In this document: positions 8,999 to 17,844 of the stretch, piece by piece
Layout: every line of letters begins with the position of its first letter
Position numbering within the stretch: position 1 is the stretch's first letter
From: Patescibacteria group bacterium
Lineage (GTDB): Bacteria; Patescibacteriota; Microgenomatia; 0-14-0-10-38-17
DNA length: 64,000 bases
Assembly (NCBI GenBank): GCA_050947035.1
Contig: JBMNVW010000003.1
Span: 25,992 to 89,991 of the forward strand
Reading direction: 5' to 3'
Translations under genes and position numbers: made by a program
The notes under the pieces: model-generated
Database searches by the model: none
Told to the model about the DNA's origin: nothing
What the model saw: only the letters and a program-made list of their open reading frames with translations

Positions 8999-10405
8999 AT
9001 GAGTGGATTGTTTGGGGTTGTTGCTGAGAAAAATTGTCCCGAGATTTTATTTTATGGTACTGATTACCATTCCCACTTGGGAGCAAAGCGGGCCGGTTTG
9101 GCTGTTTTAAATAATAAAATTGAGAGAAGTATTCATAATATTAGCACCTCTCAGTTTAAATCAAAATTTATTGACGAGTTACCCCAGCTAAAAGGTGGCG
9201 CTGGTATTGGTGTTATCAGCGATTCTGAGCCTCAGCCGATTATTATTAGTTCTTCTTTCGGAACTTTTGGGCTAGTTTTTAATGGTCTTTTGGCTAACAA
9301 AGACAAGTTGGCTAAGGACCTGATGAGGAAAGGAAAAAGCTTTTCGGAAATGTCCAATGGTCAGATTAATTCTGTCGAGGTAGCCGGCAAAATGATTGCC
9401 AGTCAAAAAAATATCTTGGCCGGAATTAATCATTTTTTTGATAAGATGACCGGTTCCGCCTCGATGCTTGTTTTGGCTAGGGAGGGTGTTTATGCCATTC
9501 GTGATAAATTGGGAAGAACCCCTTTAGTGGTTGCTAAAAATGCCCGTCAGTTAGCGGTGGCCTCCGAGAATAGTGCTTTTGCCAATTTAGGTTTTGAGTC
9601 GATCAAAGAGCTGCTTCCTGGAGAAGTGGTCTTGTTGACAAAAAAAGGGGTAAAAACAAAGATAGCGGGAAAAGAGAATGAGAAAATTTGTGCCCTTTTA
9701 TGGATTTATAATGGTTTTCCGACCTCTTCTTATGATGGCCAGTCGGTTGAATTGGTTCGAGAGCGATCTGGTAAAAATTTAGCCAAAAATGATCAAGTAG
9801 AGGCAGATTTAGTTTCTGGTGTGCCCGACTCCGGTATTGCCCATGCTCTAGGGTACGCTAGGGCATCGGGTATTCCTTATCGGCGGCCGCTGGTAAAATA
9901 TACTCCTGGTTACGGTCGAAGTTATACTCCTTTGAGGCAAGCAACCAGAGACCAAATCGCTAAAATGAAGCTAATTGCCAACAAAGAGGTTATTAAGGGG
10001 AAACGGATTATTATTTGTGACGACTCGATTGTCAGAGGAACCCAGCTTAAGAATCAAGGGGTCAAGAAGTTGTGGCAGGCTGGGGCAAAAGAAATTCACG
10101 GCCGAATTGCTTGTCCGCCCCTAATGTTTCCTTGTCAATATTGCCTAGCAACTAGAACAAGAAAAGAATTAATAACAAGACGGGTTTTGGCGCAATTGGT
10201 TGGAAAAAAAGTTGGTGACGATCAGGCTAAAAAATATAGCGACGATAAGAGCAAAGAACACCAAAAGATGGTTTCCCTGATTGGCAAAGAATTAGGATTG
10301 ACCTCATTAAAGTACCAAACGGTTGATGATATGGTTGCTGCGATTGGCTTACCCAGGGAAAGGCTTTGTTTGGAGTGCTGGCTGGGAAGGGGGGGACAAA
10401 AATGA
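8999..10405 (+). CDS. amidophosphoribosyltransferase-like protein (PurF family) with Ser in place of the N-terminal catalytic Cys
   Basis: N-terminal MSGLFGV (PurF has MCGI(V/F)G), PRTase motif RIIICDDSIVRGTQ, C-terminal Cys cluster CPPLMFPCQYC. Confidence 0.6.
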   Translation: MSGLFGVVAEKNCPEILFYGTDYHSHLGAKRAGLAVLNNKIERSIHNISTSQFKSKFIDELPQLKGGAGIGVISDSEPQPIIISSSFGTFGLVFNGLLANKDKLAKDLMRKGKSFSEMSNGQINSVEVAGKMIASQKNILAGINHFFDKMTGSASMLVLAREGVYAIRDKLGRTPLVVAKNARQLAVASENSAFANLGFESIKELLPGEVVLLTKKGVKTKIAGKENEKICALLWIYNGFPTSSYDGQSVELVRERSGKNLAKNDQVEADLVSGVPDSGIAHALGYARASGIPYRRPLVKYTPGYGRSYTPLRQATRDQIAKMKLIANKEVIKGKRIIICDDSIVRGTQLKNQGVKKLWQAGAKEIHGRIACPPLMFPCQYCLATRTRKELITRRVLAQLVGKKVGDDQAKKYSDDKSKEHQKMVSLIGKELGLTSLKYQTVDDMVAAIGLPRERLCLECWLGRGGQK

Positions 10406-11400
10406 AGAAGATTTTAGTAGTTTGCGGTCCGACCGCAACCGGGAAAACGGCCCTGGGCTTGAAGTTGGCAGAAAAGTTTAAGGGAGAGCTGGTGAACGCT
10501 GATTCCCGGCAGGTTTATCGGGGTATGGATATTGGGACCGGGAAGGAAGTTGACAAATTTTCAATTTTCAATTTTCAATTTTCAATTGGAGAGAAAAAAG
10601 TTGGCTATCGGCGTATTGCCGATATTCCGATTTGGCTATTGGATGTGGTTTGGCCCGATTATCGTTTTAGCGTGGCTGATTATATTAAGGTGGCAGTTCC
10701 AGTAATAAAGGACATTTGGCAAAGAAATAAGTTGCCCATTTTAGTTGGCGGAACAGGTTTTTATCTTCGAGCCTTGTTGGGGGGAATAGAAACGATTGGC
10801 GTTGCTCCTGATTGGGATTTACGAAGAGAATTGGGAAAATTAACTGTAATTAAATTACAGAAAAAGCTAAAAAAGATAAGTCCTGATCGATTTAATAGAA
10901 TGAATCATTCCGATCAAAACAACCCCAGGCGCCTGATTCGGGCAATTGAAATAGCCAGTGAAAATAATAAGGACAACCCGAATAAAATAGCGACTTTCAG
11001 TTTGACAAAAGAGGCTGTTTTTTGGTTAGGATTAAAGTTACCCCTCGAAAAACTAGATAAAAAAATTGCCCAAAGAGTAGAAAAAAGATTATCGGCGGGG
11101 GCAGAAAAGGAAATAGAAGAACTTTTAAAAAAGTTTAGTTTTGCTGACAGTGTTTTGGGGGAAACGATTGGTTATCAAGAATGGGAAAGATATTTTTCTT
11201 CTTCCCAAGAGGAAAGAGGGGAAATATTACCAGAAATAATCGACAATTGGCGAAGAGCTGAGCGTCAATACGCTAGACGCCAAATGGTTTGGTTTAAGAA
11301 AAATAAGCAAATTAATTGGTTCCTTGCTGATCAAAAAGATTTGTTTTCCAGGGTAGCCAAGAAGGTCGGGCAGTGGTATATTAAAAGCAACAATGATTAA
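10402..11400 (+). CDS. miaA: tRNA dimethylallyltransferase MiaA
   Basis: MKKILVVCGPTATGKT P-loop, DSRQVYRGMDIGTGK. The ATG at 10402 with a G-rich SD is preferred over the upstream track start. Confidence 0.88.
   Translation: MKKILVVCGPTATGKTALGLKLAEKFKGELVNADSRQVYRGMDIGTGKEVDKFSIFNFQFSIGEKKVGYRRIADIPIWLLDVVWPDYRFSVADYIKVAVPVIKDIWQRNKLPILVGGTGFYLRALLGGIETIGVAPDWDLRRELGKLTVIKLQKKLKKISPDRFNRMNHSDQNNPRRLIRAIEIASENNKDNPNKIATFSLTKEAVFWLGLKLPLEKLDKKIAQRVEKRLSAGAEKEIEELLKKFSFADSVLGETIGYQEWERYFSSSQEERGEILPEIIDNWRRAERQYARRQMVWFKKNKQINWFLADQKDLFSRVAKKVGQWYIKSNND
10557..10584 (+). repeat. (ATTTTCA)x4 perfect heptanucleotide tandem repeat inside miaA
   Basis: attttca attttca attttca attttca, encoding FSIFNFQFSI within an insertion relative to canonical MiaA. 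Confidence 0.9.
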
Positions 11401-12379
11401 GAAAGTAGAGGTTTCTCACAAAACGATTTTTTTTGCTTTAGCAGTTTTATTTATTTTATGGTTTGCTTATTTAATTTGTGATATTATTCTTCTTTTTTAT
11501 ATTGGCCTGTTGTTGATGTTGGCCCTGGATCCGGGAATTGATCGATTAGAGAGTTGGGGATTACCAAGGTTTTTGGCAATTTTATTAAATTATTTGGGCT
11601 TTTTTTCTTTAGTTGGCTTGTCTATTTTTCTTTTGGCTGGGCCCTTGTTGCAGCAAAGTGGTTTGCTTTTACAGCAAATTGTTAAATTGGCGGAAGCGGC
11701 TGGAGCTGGGGATTGGCTTTCCGAGATCCTTCGTGATCCACTAAAAAATATTTTACCTCTTTCTGGTAATATTTTTCGAGTAACTCAAACAATTTTCAAC
11801 AATCTGGTCCAAGTTTTTTCAGTTTTTGTTGTTAGTTTTTATTTAGTTTTAGATAGAAAAAAGCTACCCAATCGTTTAGAGCAGTTTTTCGGTAAAAAGA
11901 GAATAAGAAAAATAGAGCGAGTTATTGAGGGGGCGGAAAAAGAAGTTGGCCATTGGCTTTGGGGCCAAGTGTTATTAATGGTAATTGTGGCAATTTTAAC
12001 TTATTTAGTTTTATTGCTATTAAATCTTCCCTATGCCCTGCCCTTGGCTTTTTTAGCCGGATTATTGGAAATATTGCCTAATATTGGGCCGGTTTTGGCG
12101 GCCATTCCGGCCGTTATTATTGGTTTTACCATCAATCCGGCGATGGGGTTTTTGGTTGTTTTGGCTTTTGTTGTCGTTCAACAATTAGAAAGTAATTTTA
12201 TTACTCCGAAAGTAATGCAAGGAGTAACTGGAGTCAGCCCAATTGTTACTCTTTTGGGTTTAATGATTGGTTTTCGTTTAGCCGGAGCCGTGGGAGCAAT
12301 ATTTGCTTTACCGACAATTTTAATTATCAAGGTTTTGCTTGGCGAGTTGGTTTTACCCCGAATTAAAAGGATAAATTAG
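11393..12379 (+). CDS. AI-2E family transporter (PerM/YhhT-like permease)
   Basis: Eight predicted TM helices and the conserved LLEILPNIGPVLAAIP and ALPTILIIKVL regions typical of UPF0118/AI-2E. Confidence 0.75.
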   Translation: MIKKVEVSHKTIFFALAVLFILWFAYLICDIILLFYIGLLLMLALDPGIDRLESWGLPRFLAILLNYLGFFSLVGLSIFLLAGPLLQQSGLLLQQIVKLAEAAGAGDWLSEILRDPLKNILPLSGNIFRVTQTIFNNLVQVFSVFVVSFYLVLDRKKLPNRLEQFFGKKRIRKIERVIEGAEKEVGHWLWGQVLLMVIVAILTYLVLLLLNLPYALPLAFLAGLLEILPNIGPVLAAIPAVIIGFTINPAMGFLVVLAFVVVQQLESNFITPKVMQGVTGVSPIVTLLGLMIGFRLAGAVGAIFALPTILIIKVLLGELVLPRIKRIN

Positions 12380-12411
12380 TAATTTAATCCCCTTTTTGCT
12401 ATAATATCTTT

Positions 12412-12747
12412 GGCCCTTGAAAGAAGGATGGATACTGTAAACCAATATGGTTTTATAGAGGAAAGTCCAGGCAACAGGAAGCACGGTGCCCCAATTAAGG
12501 TTTGGGGGACCCGCCCGTTTTTGGGTGGGGACAGTGAGAGCCACAGAGACGAGTTCTTGCCTTTTTTAAATAAAAGGCAGAGGTGAAACGATCGCTAAAA
12601 AACGATACGCCCGCCCTTGGCGGACGGGGCAATCCTCCCGGTTGCAATCCAGAGTGAAGATGACCGCTTTCGTCATAATCTTCAAGTTTGGAGCGTTAGA
12701 TAGATTTCCATCAAAAACAGAACCTGGCTTATTTTCTTTTAAGGGCC
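12412..12747 (+). ncRNA. rnpB: RNase P RNA (bacterial type A, compact)
   Basis: GAGGAAAGTCCAGGC (CR-I/P4), AGGCAGAGGTGAAACG (GNRA/P14 region), ACAGAACCTGGCTTA (CR-V/P4') and a P1 pairing GGCCCTTGAAAGAA/TTCTTTTAAGGGCC. TGcTATAAT -10 at 12397-12405. Confidence 0.85.
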
Positions 12748-12803
12748 CTTTTTTTATCAAAACCTTGACGACCGGCTTTTTTTTAGAGTAATCTATCGTT
12801 AAT

Positions 12804-14321
12804 ATGTTGGCCAAGGTTACTTCGGCAGCAATTTTGGGTTTAGAGGCCGTTGGGGTCGATATTGAGGTTGATGTCTCTAATCGAGGTCTACCAAGCTTTA
12901 CCGTTGTTGGTTTAGCTGATAAGGCAGTAGAAGAAGCCAAAGAAAGAGTTAGAAGTGCTATCAAAAACTCTGGTTTTGATTTCCCCGGACACAAGACGAT
13001 TATTAATTTAGCCCCGGCCGATATTCCTAAAATGGGGACATTTTATGATTTACCAATTGCTTTGGGAATATTAAAGGCTTCTGGTCAACTAAAAGGAAAA
13101 TTATCCGGTCTTTTTTTAGGAGAATTATCTTTAAATGGTGATCTTCGTCAGGTTAAGGGTTGCTTGTCAACAGCCCTTTATGCCAGAGAAAGAAAAATAG
13201 AAAAGGTTTTTGTCCCCCACAATAATTATAATGAAGTGGCCATTATTAAAGGAATAGGAATTTTTCCAGTTAGAAACTTAAAAGATTTAATGCTTCATTT
13301 TAATAAAGTTAAGGAAATTAAACCAGGGAAAATTAATAAAAAATTAGCCGATCCTTCTTTTGAGCCAGAATTAGACTTTTCTGATATTAATGGTCAATCT
13401 CAGGCGAAGAGGGCCCTAGAAATTGCCGCTGCCGGTGGACACAATTTGTTTTTTTTCGGTCCGCCAGGATCTGGAAAGACACTTTTGGCTCGAGCCTTAC
13501 CGGGAATAATGCCGATTATGACTGAAGAGGAAGTTTTGGAGGTAACCAGGATTTATTCTGTCTCCGGTAATCTAAAGGGGAAGCTAGTTAATTATCGTCC
13601 GTTTAGAAGCCCTCACCATAGCGTCTCTCGAGTTGGATTAATTGGCGGGGGTAGCTTTCCCTTGCCAGGAGAAGTGTCATTGGCTCATCGGGGAACACTT
13701 TTTTTGGACGAGTTACCAGAATTCCCTCGTCATGTTTTAGAAGCTTTACGGCAGCCAATGGAAGACGGCTTTGTTACTATCGCTCGATCTCGGGGGCGTT
13801 TTTCATATCCGGCCCAATTTAATTTGGTGGCGGCCTCTAATCCTTGTCCTTGTGGTTTTTATGGTGATCCTAAAAACGCTTGTCGTTGTTCTTCGGCAGA
13901 GATTAATCGATACCAAAAACGGCTTTCCGGACCGCTAATGGATAGAATCGATATTCATGTCGAAGTGCCGGCAGTACCAGCCAAAAAATTGGTTCAAAAA
14001 ACTACCGGTCAATCTTCAAAACAAATTCGGGTTAGAGTAGAGGCGGCCAGGCGAAGGCAGCGTCGTCGCTTTAACGAAAGCCGGTTAACTTGTAACGCTG
14101 AAATGGGTAGTCGAGAGGTAAAAAAATATTGTCAAATGGAAAATTCTTCTTGGCAAAAACTGATTGATTCTTCGGAAAAGCTTGGTCTTTCAGCTCGAGG
14201 GTTCTATCGGGTGGTTAAAGTGGCCCAAACAGTGGCCGACCTTGCCGGCAAAGATAAGATTGACCAGGAACATCTTATTGAAGCTCTTAATTTTCGTTCA
14301 AAAGGCCTTTCTTATCATTAA
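12804..14321 (+). CDS. comM: Mg-chelatase-like AAA+ ATPase ComM/YifB
   Basis: N-terminal Lon-like domain, Walker A GPPGSGKT, and the typical ComM C-terminal zinc-finger region. Confidence 0.88.
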   Translation: MLAKVTSAAILGLEAVGVDIEVDVSNRGLPSFTVVGLADKAVEEAKERVRSAIKNSGFDFPGHKTIINLAPADIPKMGTFYDLPIALGILKASGQLKGKLSGLFLGELSLNGDLRQVKGCLSTALYARERKIEKVFVPHNNYNEVAIIKGIGIFPVRNLKDLMLHFNKVKEIKPGKINKKLADPSFEPELDFSDINGQSQAKRALEIAAAGGHNLFFFGPPGSGKTLLARALPGIMPIMTEEEVLEVTRIYSVSGNLKGKLVNYRPFRSPHHSVSRVGLIGGGSFPLPGEVSLAHRGTLFLDELPEFPRHVLEALRQPMEDGFVTIARSRGRFSYPAQFNLVAASNPCPCGFYGDPKNACRCSSAEINRYQKRLSGPLMDRIDIHVEVPAVPAKKLVQKTTGQSSKQIRVRVEAARRRQRRRFNESRLTCNAEMGSREVKKYCQMENSSWQKLIDSSEKLGLSARGFYRVVKVAQTVADLAGKDKIDQEHLIEALNFRSKGLSYH

Positions 14322-14340
14322 AAAAAATAATTAAACCTAA

Positions 14341-15330
14341 GTGAATATTTTTAAAAATAAAAATTTTTACTGGCTGATTTTTCTCTGGCTGATTTTGGGG
14401 TTTATTTTTTGGAGAAGTGATTTTATTGGTTCTTATTTTTCAATTAAGCCCCATGATCAAAGAGAAAATGATCGAACCACTTCTTCAGAAGAGCCGGCCC
14501 CCACTATTAAAATTCTCTTTGGTGGGGATCTGATGTTTGATCGTCATATTCGTTTTTTTGCCGACAAAGAAGGCGGCTATGATTTTGTTTTGGCCGATTT
14601 AAAAAATCTTTTTTTTGATTATGACCTAGTTATAGCTAATTTAGAAGGACCGATAACGAACAATAATTCTATTAGTTTAGGAACTGTACCCGGAACACCC
14701 AATAATTTTATTTTTACTTTTGATCCTCAAGTTGCTCAAGCCTTGTTCGATCATAATATTAGGTTAGTTAATTTAGGCAATAACCATATTTTAAACTTTG
14801 CCCAGTCAGGTCTGGTTTCAACTAGGCAATATTTACTTGACGCTGGAGTAGATTATTTTGGTTTTGCCGGTGATGATCAGAATCGAACCTTTAGCAGAAA
14901 AATAGACGGGGTAACCCTGGGTTTTGTTAATTACAATCAATTTATAGAAGGGGGTTTAGTGGCCGCCAAAGAAGATATTGACTCTCTTGCGGGCATGGTT
15001 GATTGGCTGATTCTTTACGCTCATTGGGGGAGTGAATATCAGCCTCAAGCGGGAGCCTCCCTTAAGGAGTTGGCTAAAAATTTTGTTGATCGGGGGGTAG
15101 ATTTGATTATTGGCTCTCACCCTCATGTTGTCGGAGAAAAAGAAACTTATCAGGGCCGGACCATTTATTATTCTTTGGGCAATTTTGTTTTTGATCAGTA
15201 TTTTTCTTCTGAGGTAATGACTGGGCTTTTGTTGGGAATAGAAATTGATAAGAAAACAAAAAAGATTGTTGATATCCAAGAATGGTCAATTAAAATGGTT
15301 TCTGATGGAAGGACAATTCTTGATTCTTAA
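14341..15330 (+). CDS. CapA/PgsA-family metallophosphatase (poly-gamma-glutamate synthesis-type)
   Basis: N-terminal TM, GGD.MFDR, NLEGP, GNNH, HWG.E, GSHPHV motifs of the CapA family. GTG start. Confidence 0.7.
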   Translation: MNIFKNKNFYWLIFLWLILGFIFWRSDFIGSYFSIKPHDQRENDRTTSSEEPAPTIKILFGGDLMFDRHIRFFADKEGGYDFVLADLKNLFFDYDLVIANLEGPITNNNSISLGTVPGTPNNFIFTFDPQVAQALFDHNIRLVNLGNNHILNFAQSGLVSTRQYLLDAGVDYFGFAGDDQNRTFSRKIDGVTLGFVNYNQFIEGGLVAAKEDIDSLAGMVDWLILYAHWGSEYQPQAGASLKELAKNFVDRGVDLIIGSHPHVVGEKETYQGRTIYYSLGNFVFDQYFSSEVMTGLLLGIEIDKKTKKIVDIQEWSIKMVSDGRTILDS

Positions 15331-15423
15331 TTTACTTCGGGGCTTTTTTTAATTTCAAAAGGGGACAAGACACCAAAAAACCCACCTGTCTTAACTTAAA
15401 AAAAAGTTCAAATTAAGCAAGTG

Positions 15424-15456
15424 AGTTGTTTTGGTTGTTTGAAAAGAAACAACTCG
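15424..15456 (-). terminator. stem-loop downstream of the minus-strand zinc-ribbon gene
   Basis: GAGTTGTTT...AAACAACTC perfect 9-bp stem. Confidence 0.45.
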
Positions 15457-15462
15457 AGCCGT

Positions 15463-15606
15463 TTATGCCATGGGCAAAACTCGGTACATACCAGTTCCAC
15501 AAGTGGGACAATTGGCTTTAGCGGCGCGGCGGCCGTTTTTCCAAGTAACGGTTTCGTAGTTGTCAACTTCTTTCTTTTCGCGACATTTAACGCAATAAAA
15601 GGTCAT
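15463..15606 (-). CDS. small zinc-ribbon protein (CxxC...CxxC; DUF5679-like), 47 aa from the internal Met
   Basis: MTFYCVKCREKK..ANCPTCGTGMYRV. AAGGAGGTG SD 6 nt upstream of the ATG at 15606. The track start at 15657 has no SD. Confidence 0.5.
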   Translation of the reverse strand: MTFYCVKCREKKEVDNYETVTWKNGRRAAKANCPTCGTGMYRVLPMA

Positions 15607-15670
15607 TCTTGTCACCTCCTTCCGGGCAGATTGATAAAAATTTAAATTAACTGACAAATTTTAGCCTTAT

Positions 15671-15877
15671 CTACAGTTGCCAGTATAGCACAAGCTGAAA
15701 GACAAGGACAAGTAAGGCTAAAAAAAGGCTTTTGGCTAAGTCTTTTTTTACCCATAAAGTTTCTGAGGAAATTAATTTAGTTTCTGACTGGTTTGCCGAG
15801 GAAGACAATTTAGAAGAAAATAGGGCTTTTTTTCTTAGATCGGAGGCTTGTTTTTCTTTTTTAGTTTTCTTAACCAT
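15671..15877 (-). CDS. possible small membrane-anchored protein (Lys-rich N-terminus, C-terminal TM); doubtful
   Basis: ORF only. Weak SD, and it lies in a repeat/structured intergenic zone. Confidence 0.2.
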   Translation of the reverse strand: MVKKTKKEKQASDLRKKALFSSKLSSSANQSETKLISSETLWVKKDLAKSLFLALLVLVFQLVLYWQL

Positions 15878-15956
15878 TAGCCTTATCTTAGCCTAAGTGT
15901 GGCTAGTTTGCAAGAAGCAAGAGAAAAAAAACTGTCTTGTTCCAACCGAGAAAAGA

Positions 15957-15995
15957 CGAGATCCTTCGGCCGCTTGAGGCGATCTCAGGATGAGG
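15957..15995 (+). repeat. half copy (3' arm) of the GTCATCCTGA..CGAAGGATC hairpin repeat family
   Basis: GAGATCCTTCGgccgcttgaggcgaTCTCAGGATGAGgg aligns with the 3' halves of the copies at 25381 and 55888. Confidence 0.4.
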
Positions 15996-16175
15996 GAAAA
16001 GAAAGGTGCCAAGTCAGACCTGACTACTTTGAACAATGGAATAGCGAACTTGTGCCGTGTACCCTTTGTGGCACTGCGGTTAGTTCGTGCTAGTTATATA
16101 ACCATATAACCATCTAGCCATTATTCTTTTTTTTTATTGACATTATCATCATGAGAAAGTTATTATAAGGTTGAG

Positions 16176-16646
16176 ATGATTGAGGAGAATTTTTTATCTA
16201 GCCTTAATTTTGTTTGGCTGGTGGTTTTTATTTGGTTGTCAATAATAACCATTTTATTAATTTTGGCCATCAAGCGCTATCGAAAGCTAACCAAAGGAGT
16301 CAAATCAGGAAGCCTGGATAAGATTATTCAAAAATTAATCGCCGATCAAGAAAAAAATCAAAAAGATTTTACCGCCACACAAGAAGAACTCTCCCAGCTG
16401 CAAGAAAAAATCCAGTTTCATTTTCAAAAAAAAGCTTTAGTAAGATATAATCCCTTTAACCAAACTGGCGGTAATCAGAGTTTCTCTTTGGCCTTGTTAG
16501 ATGGAAAAAACAATGGTATAGTTATTTCTAGTTTTCATAGCCGAGAAGGAACAAGACTTTATGCTAAAACCGTGGTGTTAGGAAAGGCAGACAATTCCTT
16601 TTCCAAGGAAGAAAAGTCGGCAATAAAAGAAGCGGTTAAAAAATAA
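16176..16646 (+). CDS. membrane-anchored hypothetical protein (single N-terminal TM; DUF4446-like)
   Basis: ORF with an N-terminal hydrophobic helix. Putative TTGACA promoter at 16135. Confidence 0.4.
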   Translation: MIEENFLSSLNFVWLVVFIWLSIITILLILAIKRYRKLTKGVKSGSLDKIIQKLIADQEKNQKDFTATQEELSQLQEKIQFHFQKKALVRYNPFNQTGGNQSFSLALLDGKNNGIVISSFHSREGTRLYAKTVVLGKADNSFSKEEKSAIKEAVKK

Positions 16647-16649
16647 TTT

Positions 16650-17840
16650 ATGAGTAAAGCAAAGAAAATCCTTATCATTGGGGGAGTAGGCTTATATTTG
16701 ATTGCTACTAGTATTTCTTGGGCAGTTTTTGCTTATTTTAATCAAGACACGGTGGTAATATCCCCTGATAACAGGGATGATTTAGAAACAGTTGAGGCCT
16801 TGGGGCCGCGAGACCAGGAATGTCCGATTAATGGAGCTTATTTTACTAAAACGGAGAGAGAAATTTGGGAAACTCGTCGTCCTCTGACAATAACAGTAGA
16901 AAATCATCTTGACTCTCGACCGCAATCTGGTCTGTCTCGAGCAGATGTTGTTTATGAGGCTGTCGCTGAGGGAGGAATTACTCGGTTTTTGGCGGTTTTT
17001 TATTGTGGGGCCGCTCTTCCTGGGGAGCAAAAATATGATATCGGTCCGGTTCGTTCCGCCCGGACTTATTTCTTAGATTGGGTTTCTGAATACGGTGATT
17101 ATCCTCTTTATGTTCATGTTGGCGGAGCCGGTGAATGCGCTGATCCGACTGTTTATGAGGAGGCTAAGGCTCTATGCCAAATTCGCCAGTATGGCTGGAT
17201 GAATGAGGGCACCTGGGGTGATTTAAATCAATTCTCTCTTTCTTATGAAGAATGTCGTCGGGATACGCGCTTGGGAACCAATGTGGCGACGGAGCATACA
17301 ATGTATTGCGATACAGTTACTCTTTGGGAAAAAGTAGCAGAAAATCGGGGCCTAACAGCCAAAACAGCGGCTTCAGGGGATAGTTGGGACAAGAATTTCC
17401 GTTCTTGGCTATTTAAAGAAGAGGCCAAGTTGGCTGATCGTGGCGAAACTGACGAGATTGGTCTTTACTTTTGGAAAAACCAACCCAATTATAATGTTAC
17501 TTGGCGGTATGATCGAGAAAATAATATTTATCAGCGTTATCAGGGTGAAGTTGCTCATAAAGATCTGGTAGCTGATGATATTTTAGCGGCCAAAACGGTA
17601 ATTGTCCAATTCGTTAAAGAAAGAGGTCCGGTTGATGAAAAAAAGCACCTTCTCTATGAGACGATTGGCTCTGGTCGGGTTTTAATTTTCCAGGATGGTC
17701 AAGTTGAAGAAGGGGTTTGGGAAAAAGAGGCTCGCACCAGCCGAACTCGTTTTTATGACAGTTCAGGAGCAGAAATTCGTCTAAATCGGGGATTAATTTG
17801 GGTGGAGATTGTTCCAGCCGGCAACCAAATCGATTTTTAA
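16650..17840 (+). CDS. secreted/membrane-anchored DUF3048-like protein (YerB-like)
   Basis: N-terminal signal anchor and the long conserved extracytoplasmic domain RP.SGLS.ADVVYEA.AEGGITRF. Confidence 0.5.
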   Translation: MSKAKKILIIGGVGLYLIATSISWAVFAYFNQDTVVISPDNRDDLETVEALGPRDQECPINGAYFTKTEREIWETRRPLTITVENHLDSRPQSGLSRADVVYEAVAEGGITRFLAVFYCGAALPGEQKYDIGPVRSARTYFLDWVSEYGDYPLYVHVGGAGECADPTVYEEAKALCQIRQYGWMNEGTWGDLNQFSLSYEECRRDTRLGTNVATEHTMYCDTVTLWEKVAENRGLTAKTAASGDSWDKNFRSWLFKEEAKLADRGETDEIGLYFWKNQPNYNVTWRYDRENNIYQRYQGEVAHKDLVADDILAAKTVIVQFVKERGPVDEKKHLLYETIGSGRVLIFQDGQVEEGVWEKEARTSRTRFYDSSGAEIRLNRGLIWVEIVPAGNQIDF

Positions 17841-17844
17841 TTTT

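Noticed and set aside
12353-12994. Two minus-strand ORFs (63 and 142 aa) between the transporter gene and comM
   Set aside because: They overlap the RNase P RNA gene on the opposite strand and lack an SD. rnpB explains the region.
15899-16093. 64-aa plus-strand ORF MASLQEAREKK...
   Set aside because: No SD, Cys/Arg-rich atypical composition, and it sits in a GC-richer structured segment containing a repeat half-copy. More likely non-coding.
15331-16175. Candidate SRP RNA, tmRNA or 6S RNA in the largest small-ORF-only intergenic zone
   Set aside because: I could not find the SRP domain-IV GGAA/AGCAG motifs, a tmRNA tRNA-like end, or a tag reading frame. Left as an unassigned structured region.
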